This document shows positions 1-6,041 of a stretch of DNA of 9,161 bases, in pieces. The notes beneath the pieces were generated by a model. It saw only the letters and a program-made list of their open reading frames with translations. It was not told the origin of the DNA and did no database searches. The stretch is from a virus (Duplodnaviria; Heunggongvirae; Uroviricota; Caudoviricetes), in IMG/VR virus record IMGVR_UViG_2703718804_000005; one strand, 5' to 3'. Numbering within the stretch: the stretch's first letter is position 1; each line of letters begins with the position of its first letter. A program made the position numbers and the translations under genes.

Positions 1-132
1 AACGACGGCACGAACGGGCAGATAGGGCCACAGGCGCTGAAGGCTGTTTATGACGTAGCCCGTAAGGCGGCAATGGATGTTGTGACCGGGCAGATGCGCG
101 ATGGTGGTCTGTTCTCCGGAGGTGGACGATGA
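1..132 (+). CDS. H: Tail tape measure protein (lambda gpH-like), C-terminal fragment; 5' end lies outside the window
   Basis: Frame 1 is open from the window start to TGA at 130-132 (translation ends ...QMRDGGLFSGGGR). The stop overlaps the M start in an ATGA arrangement. Its position directly upstream of M-L-K-I-J matches lambda tail gene order. It is not in the ORF track because it has no start codon in the window. Confidence 0.6.
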   Translation, partial: NDGTNGQIGPQALKAVYDVARKAAMDVVTGQMRDGGLFSGGGR

Positions 133-458
133 AAACCTTCCGCTGGAAAGTGAAACCCGGGATGGATGTGACATCGGCTCCTTCCGTCAGGGAGGTGCGC
201 TTTGGTGATGGCTATTCCCAGCGTGCGCCTGCCGGGCTGAACGCTGACCTGAAAACGTACAGCGTGACGCTGTCTGTCTCCCGTGAGGAGGCCACGGCGC
301 TGGAGTCGTTTCTGGCAGAGCACGGAGGCTGGAAGGCCTTTCTGTGGACGCCGCCTTATGGTTACAGGAAGATAAAGGTGACCTGCGCAAAATGGTCGTC
401 GCAGGTCAGTATGCTGCGTGTTGAGTTCAGCGCAGAGTTTAAACAGGTGGTGAACTGA
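129..458 (+). CDS. M: Minor tail protein M (tail tip complex)
   Basis: 109-aa ORF starting MKTFRWKVKPGMDV, same length as lambda gpM and closely resembling it from memory. GGAGG at 118-122 sits 6 nt upstream of the ATG. Stop TGA 456-458 overlaps the L start by 1 nt (TGATG). Confidence 0.9.
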   Translation: MKTFRWKVKPGMDVTSAPSVREVRFGDGYSQRAPAGLNADLKTYSVTLSVSREEATALESFLAEHGGWKAFLWTPPYGYRKIKVTCAKWSSQVSMLRVEFSAEFKQVVN

Positions 459-1156
459 TGCAGGATATCCGGCAGGAAACACTGAATGAATGCACCCGTG
501 CGGAGCAGTCGGCCAGCGTGGTGCTCTGGGAAATCGATCTGACAGAGGTCGGTGGAGAACGTTATTTTTTCTGTAATGAGCAGAACGAAAAAGGTGAGCC
601 GGTCACCTGGCAGGGGCGACAGTATCAGCCGTATCCCATTCAGGGGACGGGATTTGAACTGAACGGCAAGGGCAGTGCTGCCCGTCCGACACTGACGGTC
701 TCTAACCTGTACGGTATGGTCACCGGGATGGCGGAAGATATGCAGAGTCTGGTCGGCGGAACGGTGGTCCGGCGTAAGGTTTACGCCCGTTTTCTGGATG
801 CGGTGAACTTCGTCAACGGAAACAGAGACGCCGATCCGGAGCAGGAGGTGATCAGCCGCTGGCGCATTGAGCAGTGCAGCGAACTGAGCGCGGTGAGTGC
901 CTCCTTTGTACTGTCCACGCCGACGGAAACGGACGGCGCTGTTTTTCCGGGGCGTATCATGCTGGCCAACACCTGCACCTGGACCTATCGCGGTGATGAG
1001 TGCGGTTATCACGGTCCGGCAGTCGCGGATGAATATGACCAGCTGACGTCCGATATCACGAAGGATAAATGCAGCAAATGCCTGAGCGGCTGTAAGTTTC
1101 GCAATAACGTCGGCAACTTTGGCGGCTTCCTTTCCATTAACAAACTTTCGCAGTAA
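458..1156 (+). CDS. L: Minor tail protein L (tail tip complex)
   Basis: 232-aa ORF starting MQDIRQETLNECTRAEQSASVVLWEIDLTEV, same length as lambda gpL. The C-terminal Cys cluster (CTWTYRGDECGYHG...CSKCLSGC) fits the Cys-rich metal-binding tail of gpL. AGGTGG lies just upstream of the ATG; synteny between M and K. Confidence 0.9.
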   Translation: MQDIRQETLNECTRAEQSASVVLWEIDLTEVGGERYFFCNEQNEKGEPVTWQGRQYQPYPIQGTGFELNGKGSAARPTLTVSNLYGMVTGMAEDMQSLVGGTVVRRKVYARFLDAVNFVNGNRDADPEQEVISRWRIEQCSELSAVSASFVLSTPTETDGAVFPGRIMLANTCTWTYRGDECGYHGPAVADEYDQLTSDITKDKCSKCLSGCKFRNNVGNFGGFLSINKLSQ

Positions 1157-1160
1157 ACCC

Positions 1161-1904
1161 ATGACAGAAACAGAATCAGCGATTCTGGCGCACGCCCGGC
1201 GATGTGCGCCAGCGGAGTCGTGCGGCTTCGTGGTGAGAGCGCCGGAGGGGGAAAGATATTTTCCCTGCATGAATATTTCCGGTGAGCCGGAGGGTTATTT
1301 CCGGATGTCGCCGGAAGACTGGCTGCAGGCAGAAATGCAGGGTGAGATTGTGGCGCTGGTCCACAGCCACCCCGGTGGTCTGCCCTGGCTGAGTGAGGCC
1401 GACCGGCGGCTGCAGGTGCAGAGTGATTTGCCGTGGTGGCTGGTCTGCCGGGGGACGATTCATAAGTTCCGCTGTGTGCCGCATCTCACCGGGCGGCGCT
1501 TTGAGCACGGGGTGACGGACTGTTACACGCTGTTCCGGGATGCTTATCATCTGGCGGGGATTGAGATGCCGGATTTTCATCGCGAGGATGACTGGTGGCG
1601 TCACGGTCAGAATCTCTATCTTGACAATATGGAGGCAACGGGTTTTTACCGTGTCGCACTGACAGAGGCGCAGCCGGGCGACGTGCTGCTGTGCAGCTTT
1701 GGTTCATCGGTGCCGAATCATGCTGCCATTTACTGTGGCGACGGCGAGCTGCTGCACCATATTCCTGAACAACTGAGTAAACGAGAGAGGTACACCGACA
1801 AATGGCAGCGACGCACACACTCCCTCTGGCGTCACCGGGCATGGCACGCATCTGCCTTTACGGGGATTTGCAACGATTTGGCCGCCGCATCGACCTTCGT
1901 GTGA
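1161..1904 (+). CDS. K: Tail tip assembly protein K: N-terminal MPN/JAMM-type domain plus C-terminal NlpC/P60-type cysteine peptidase domain
   Basis: ORF in the frame of the 1119..1904 track entry; the first ATG (1161, MTETESAILAHARRC...) lies 4 nt after the L stop. An intact JAMM motif HSHPGGLPWLSEAD (H-x-H-x7-S-x2-D) is present with an upstream Glu in AESCGFV. The C-terminal half has NlpC/P60-like Cys/His context (GVTDCYTLFRDAYH ... NHAAIY ... LHHIP). Alternative starts are TTG 1119 (inside L) and ATG 1305 (preceded by GGAGGG 1289-1294), so the start is uncertain. Confidence 0.85.
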   Translation: MTETESAILAHARRCAPAESCGFVVRAPEGERYFPCMNISGEPEGYFRMSPEDWLQAEMQGEIVALVHSHPGGLPWLSEADRRLQVQSDLPWWLVCRGTIHKFRCVPHLTGRRFEHGVTDCYTLFRDAYHLAGIEMPDFHREDDWWRHGQNLYLDNMEATGFYRVALTEAQPGDVLLCSFGSSVPNHAAIYCGDGELLHHIPEQLSKRERYTDKWQRRTHSLWRHRAWHASAFTGICNDLAAASTFV

Positions 1905-2443
1905 AAACGGGGGCTGAAGCCATCCGGGCGCTGGCCACACAGCTCCCGGCGTTTCGTCAGAAACTGAATGAGGGCTGGTATCAGATACGGATTGCCGGGC
2001 GTGATGCAGGTGAAACCGAATTATCAGCCCGTCTTAATGAGCCGCTGGAAAATGGTGCCGTGATCCACATCGTGCCGCGTCTGGCGGGTGCTAAAAGTGG
2101 CGGTATTTTTCAGGCAGTGCTGGGGGCTGCTGTTATGGCAGTTGCTATATGGATGCCAGGAGTAGGAATTATGGCGAGTAATCTGCTGTTTTCTCTCGGT
2201 GCCAGTATGACGCTTGGCGGTGTTGCACAGATGCTGGCCCCTAAACCCAAAACCCCCCGCACACAGACAACGGATAACGGCAAACAGAACACCTATTTTT
2301 CTTCACTGGATAATATGGTTGCCCAGGGCAATGTCCTGCCCGTTCTGTACGGTGAAATGCGTGTGGGGTCGCGCGTGGTTTCTCAGGAGATCAGCACGGC
2401 AGACGAAGGGGACGGTGGTCAGGTTGTGGTGATTGGTCGCTGA
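1802..2443 (+). CDS. I: Tail tip assembly protein I (ubiquitin-like N-terminal domain, hydrophobic Gly/Ala-rich C-terminal region)
   Basis: 213-aa ORF starting MAATHTLPLASPGMARICLYGDLQRFGRRIDLRVKTGAEAIRAL, lambda gpI-like. An in-frame stop at 1778-1780 makes ATG 1802 the only possible start. GAGAGG at 1785-1790 precedes it. The start overlaps the 3' end of K by 103 nt in a different frame, as is typical for lambdoid K/I. Confidence 0.85.
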   Translation: MAATHTLPLASPGMARICLYGDLQRFGRRIDLRVKTGAEAIRALATQLPAFRQKLNEGWYQIRIAGRDAGETELSARLNEPLENGAVIHIVPRLAGAKSGGIFQAVLGAAVMAVAIWMPGVGIMASNLLFSLGASMTLGGVAQMLAPKPKTPRTQTTDNGKQNTYFSSLDNMVAQGNVLPVLYGEMRVGSRVVSQEISTADEGDGGQVVVIGR

Positions 2444-2461
2444 TGCAAAATGTTTTATGTG

Positions 2462-2490
2462 AAACCGCCTGCGGGCGGTTTTATCGTTTA
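2462..2490 (+). terminator. Stem-loop in the I-J intergenic spacer (possible attenuator, terminator or RNA-processing structure)
   Basis: AAACCGCC (2462-2469), loop TGCG, then GGCGGTTT (2474-2481) form a perfect 8-bp inverted repeat followed by a T-rich run (TTTTATCGTTTA). It sits in the 60-nt gap between the I stop and the J start. Confidence 0.35.
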
Positions 2491-2503
2491 TGGAGCGTGA
2501 GGA

Positions 2504-5500
2504 ATGGGTAAAGGCAGCAGTAAGGGGCATACCCCGCGCGAAGCGAAGGACAACCTGAAGTCCACGCAGCTGCTGAGTGTGATCGATGCCATCAGCGAAG
2601 GGCCGGTTGAAGGTCCGGTGGATGGATTAAAAAGCGTGCTGCTGAACAGTACACCTGTGCTGGACAGTGAGGGGAATACCAATATCTCCGGCGTCACGGT
2701 GGTGTTCCGGGCCGGTGAGCAGGAGCAGACACCGCCGGAGGGGTTTGAATCCTCCGGCTCCGAGACGGTGCTCGGTACGGAAGTGAAATACGACACGCCG
2801 ATCACCCGGACCATCACGTCGGCAAACATCGACCGTCTGCGCTTTACCTTCGGTGTGCAGGCACTGGTGGAAACCACCTCAAAGGGTGACCGGAATCCGT
2901 CGGAAGTCCGCCTGCTGGTTCAGATACAACGTAACGGTGGCTGGGTGACAGAAAAAGACATCACCATTAAGGGCAAAACCACGTCGCAGTATCTGGCCTC
3001 GGTGGTGGTGGATAACCTGCCGCCGCGACCGTTCAATATCCGGATGCGCAGGATGACACCGGACAGCACCACAGACCAGTTGCAGAACAAAACGCTCTGG
3101 TCGTCATACACCGAAATCATCGATGTGAAACAGTGCTACCCGAACACGGCACTGGTCGGCGTGCAGGTGGATTCGGAGCAGTTCGGCAGCCAGCAGGTGA
3201 GCCGTAATTATCATCTTCGCGGGCGCATTCTGCAGGTGCCGTCGAACTATAACCCGCAGACGCGGCAATACAGCGGTATCTGGGACGGGACGTTTAAACC
3301 GGCATACAGCAACAACATGGCCTGGTGTCTGTGGGATATGCTGACCCATCCGCGCTACGGCATGGGGAAGCGTCTCGGTGCGGCGGATGTGGACAAATGG
3401 GCGCTGTATGTCATCGGCCAGAATTGCGACCAGTCGGTGCCGGATGGCTTTGGTGGCACGGAGCCGCGCATCACCTGTAACGCTTACCTGACCACACAGC
3501 GCAAGGCGTGGGATGTGCTCAGTGATTTCTGCTCGGCGATGCGCTGTATGCCGGTATGGAACGGGCAGACGCTGACGTTCGTGCAGGACCGACAGTCGGA
3601 TAAGGTGTGGACCTATAACCGCAGTAATGTGGTGATGCCGGATGATGGCGCGCCGTTCCGCTACAGCTTCAGCGCCCTGAAGGACCGCCATAATGCCGTT
3701 GAGGTGAACTGGATTGACCCGAACAACGGCTGGGAGACGGCGACAGAGCTTGTTGAAGATACGCAGGCCATTGCCCGTTACGGTCGTAATGTCACGAAGA
3801 TGGATGCCTTTGGCTGTACCAGCCGGGGGCAGGCACACCGCGCCGGGCTGTGGCTGATTAAAACGGAACTGCTGGAGACGCAGACCGTGGATTTCAGCGT
3901 GGGTGCTGAAGGGCTTCGCCATGTACCGGGCGATGTCATTGAAATCTGCGATGATGACTATGCCGGTATCAGCACCGGTGGTCGCGTGCTGGCGGTGAAC
4001 AGCCAGACCCGGACGCTGACGCTCGACCGTGAAATCACGCTGCCATCCTCCGGTACCACGCTGATAAGCCTGGTTGACGGAAGTGGTAATCCGGTCAGCG
4101 TGGAGGTTCAGTCCGTCACCGACGGACTTAAGGTGAAAGTGAACCGGGTTCCTGACGGCGTTGCAGAATACAGTGTGTGGGGGCTGAAGTTGCCGACGTT
4201 GCGTCAGCGCCTGTTCCGCTGTGTGAGTATCCGTGAGAACGATGACGGCACGTATGCCATCACTGCCGTGCAGCATGTACCGGAAAAAGAGGCCATCGTG
4301 GATAACGGGGCGCACTTTGACGGCGACCAGAGCGGCACGGTGAATGGTGTCACGCCGCCAGCGGTGCAGCACCTGACCGCCGAAGTCACCGCAGACAGCG
4401 GGGAATATCAGGTGCTGGCGCGCTGGGACACGCCGAAGGTGGTGAAGGGCGTGAGTTTCCTGCTCCGTCTGACCGTAACAGCGGATGACGGCAGTGAGCG
4501 GCTGGTCAGCACGGCCCGGACGACGGAAACCACATACCGCTTCAGGCAACTGACGCTGGGGCGTTACAGGCTGACAGTCCGGGCGGTAAATGCGTGGGGA
4601 CAGCAGGGCGATCCGGCATCGGTATCGTTCCGGATTGCCGCACCGGCAGCGCCGTCGCGGATTGAGCTGACACCGGGGTATTTTCAGATAACTGCCACGC
4701 CGCATCTTGCGGTTTATGACCCGACGGTGCAGTTTGAGTTCTGGTTCTCGGAAAAACGGATTGCGGATATCAGGCAGGTTGAAACCACAGCCCGCTATCT
4801 TGGCACGGCGCTGTACTGGATAGCTGCCAGTATCAATATCAGGCCGGGCCATGATTATTATTTTTACGTTCGCAGTGTGAACACCGTTGGCAAATCGGCA
4901 TTCGTGGAGGCTGTTGGTCAGCCGAGTGATGATGCATCCGGCTATCTGGATTTTTTCAAAGGCGAGATAGGAAAAACCCATCTGGCTCAGGAGCTGTGGA
5001 CGCAGATTGATAACGGTCAGCTGGCGCCTGATCTGGCTGAAATCAGGACGTCCATTACGGATGTCAGCAATGAAATCACACAGACCGTCAATAAGAAACT
5101 GGAAGACCAGAGTGCGGCAATTCAGCAGATACAGAAGGTTCAGGTTGATACAAATAATAACCTGAACAGCATGTGGGCTGTGAAGCTGCAGCAGATGCAG
5201 GACGGACGCCTTTATATCGCGGGTATTGGTGCCGGTATTGAGAACACCCCTGACGGCATGCAGAGTCAGGTGCTGCTGGCGGCGGACAGGATTGCGATGG
5301 TTAATCCTGCGAATGGCAACACAAAACCGATGTTTGTTGGTCAGGGCGATCAGATATTCATGAACGACGTGTTCCTGAAGCGCCTGACGGCCCCCACCAT
5401 TACCAGCGGCGGCAATCCCCCGGCCTTTTCCCTGACACCGGACGGAAAGCTGACGGCGAAAAATGCGGATATCAGTGGCAGTGTGAATGCGAACGCCGGG

Positions 5501-5983
5501 ACGCTCAATAATGTCACGATTAATGAGAACTGTCAGATTCTGGGAAAACTGTCAGCTAATCAGATTGAAGGCGATATTGTTAAAACGGTGGGTAAGGCTT
5601 TCCCCCGTGACTCCCGGGCACCGGAGCGGTGGCCGTCAGGGACCATTACCGTCAGGGTTTATGACGATCAGCCTTTTGACCGGCAAATTGTCATTCCGGC
5701 GGTGGCATTCAGCGGTGCCAGACATGAGAGAGAGCATAATGACATTTATTCATCATGCCGTCTGATAGTGCGGAAAAACGGTGCTGAAATTTATAACCGT
5801 ACCGCGCTGGATAATACGCTGATTTATACAGGTGTGATTGATATGCCAGCGGGTCGCGGTCACATGACGCTGGAGTTTTCGGTATCAGCGTGGCTGGTGA
5901 ATGACTGGTATCCCACGGCAAGCATCAGCGATTTGCTGGTTGTGGTGATGAAGAAATCCACAGCCGGTATCAGTATCAGCTGA
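2504..5983 (+). CDS. J: Central tail fibre / host specificity protein J (tip attachment protein)
   Basis: 1159-aa ORF starting [42 protein letters not shown], lambda gpJ-like in length and sequence character. It carries FN3-like segments around residues 620-800 and a helical Q/N-rich segment ([53 protein letters not shown]). SD-like GGAG/GAGGA lies upstream of ATG 2504; position follows I. Confidence 0.95.
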   Translation: MGKGSSKGHTPREAKDNLKSTQLLSVIDAISEGPVEGPVDGLKSVLLNSTPVLDSEGNTNISGVTVVFRAGEQEQTPPEGFESSGSETVLGTEVKYDTPITRTITSANIDRLRFTFGVQALVETTSKGDRNPSEVRLLVQIQRNGGWVTEKDITIKGKTTSQYLASVVVDNLPPRPFNIRMRRMTPDSTTDQLQNKTLWSSYTEIIDVKQCYPNTALVGVQVDSEQFGSQQVSRNYHLRGRILQVPSNYNPQTRQYSGIWDGTFKPAYSNNMAWCLWDMLTHPRYGMGKRLGAADVDKWALYVIGQNCDQSVPDGFGGTEPRITCNAYLTTQRKAWDVLSDFCSAMRCMPVWNGQTLTFVQDRQSDKVWTYNRSNVVMPDDGAPFRYSFSALKDRHNAVEVNWIDPNNGWETATELVEDTQAIARYGRNVTKMDAFGCTSRGQAHRAGLWLIKTELLETQTVDFSVGAEGLRHVPGDVIEICDDDYAGISTGGRVLAVNSQTRTLTLDREITLPSSGTTLISLVDGSGNPVSVEVQSVTDGLKVKVNRVPDGVAEYSVWGLKLPTLRQRLFRCVSIRENDDGTYAITAVQHVPEKEAIVDNGAHFDGDQSGTVNGVTPPAVQHLTAEVTADSGEYQVLARWDTPKVVKGVSFLLRLTVTADDGSERLVSTARTTETTYRFRQLTLGRYRLTVRAVNAWGQQGDPASVSFRIAAPAAPSRIELTPGYFQITATPHLAVYDPTVQFEFWFSEKRIADIRQVETTARYLGTALYWIAASINIRPGHDYYFYVRSVNTVGKSAFVEAVGQPSDDASGYLDFFKGEIGKTHLAQELWTQIDNGQLAPDLAEIRTSITDVSNEITQTVNKKLEDQSAAIQQIQKVQVDTNNNLNSMWAVKLQQMQDGRLYIAGIGAGIENTPDGMQSQVLLAADRIAMVNPANGNTKPMFVGQGDQIFMNDVFLKRLTAPTITSGGNPPAFSLTPDGKLTAKNADISGSVNANAGTLNNVTINENCQILGKLSANQIEGDIVKTVGKAFPRDSRAPERWPSGTITVRVYDDQPFDRQIVIPAVAFSGARHEREHNDIYSSCRLIVRKNGAEIYNRTALDNTLIYTGVIDMPAGRGHMTLEFSVSAWLVNDWYPTASISDLLVVVMKKSTAGISIS

Positions 5984-6002
5984 ATGTTCAGAAACCAGAC
6001 CG

Positions 6003-6030
6003 GGTGCCAGAAATGGCACCTTTTTTATTT
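6003..6030 (+). terminator. Rho-independent terminator between J and stf
   Basis: GGTGCCA (6003-6009), loop GAAA (a GNRA tetraloop), TGGCACC (6014-6020): a perfect 7-bp GC-rich stem followed immediately by TTTTTTATTT (6021-6030). It lies 20 nt after the J stop codon. Confidence 0.8.
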
Positions 6031-6041
6031 GTGGAACGAAT

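Noticed and set aside
1119-1160. TTG start at 1119 for K, as given in the ORF track
   Set aside because: It would overlap the last 38 nt of L and uses a rare start codon. The ATG at 1161 directly follows the L stop and is the more parsimonious start. It is kept only as a remote alternative.
362-1270. 302-aa minus-strand ORF across M, L and K, and the smaller minus-strand ORFs 48..482, 187..390, 781..978, 1176..1604, 1486..1851 and 1704..1940
   Set aside because: They are antisense to strongly supported, syntenic tail genes, have no ribosome-binding context I could see, and give low-complexity Arg-rich translations typical of antisense frames in GC-rich DNA.
3104-4981. 625-aa ORF on the minus strand, antisense to J
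   Set aside because: Its translation is Arg/His/Pro-rich low complexity with no recognisable motifs. It lies entirely inside the well-supported J gene, and a GC-rich coding strand commonly leaves the antisense frame free of stops. Most likely a compositional artefact.
5487-5765. Small embedded forward-frame ORFs inside J and I (5487..5765, 2214..2432) and minus-strand ORFs 5709..5921, 5885..6106, 2110..2292, 2303..2530, 2488..2877, 2920..3120, 4204..4389
   Set aside because: Short, inside or antisense to confirmed genes, with no independent support. Treated as chance ORFs.
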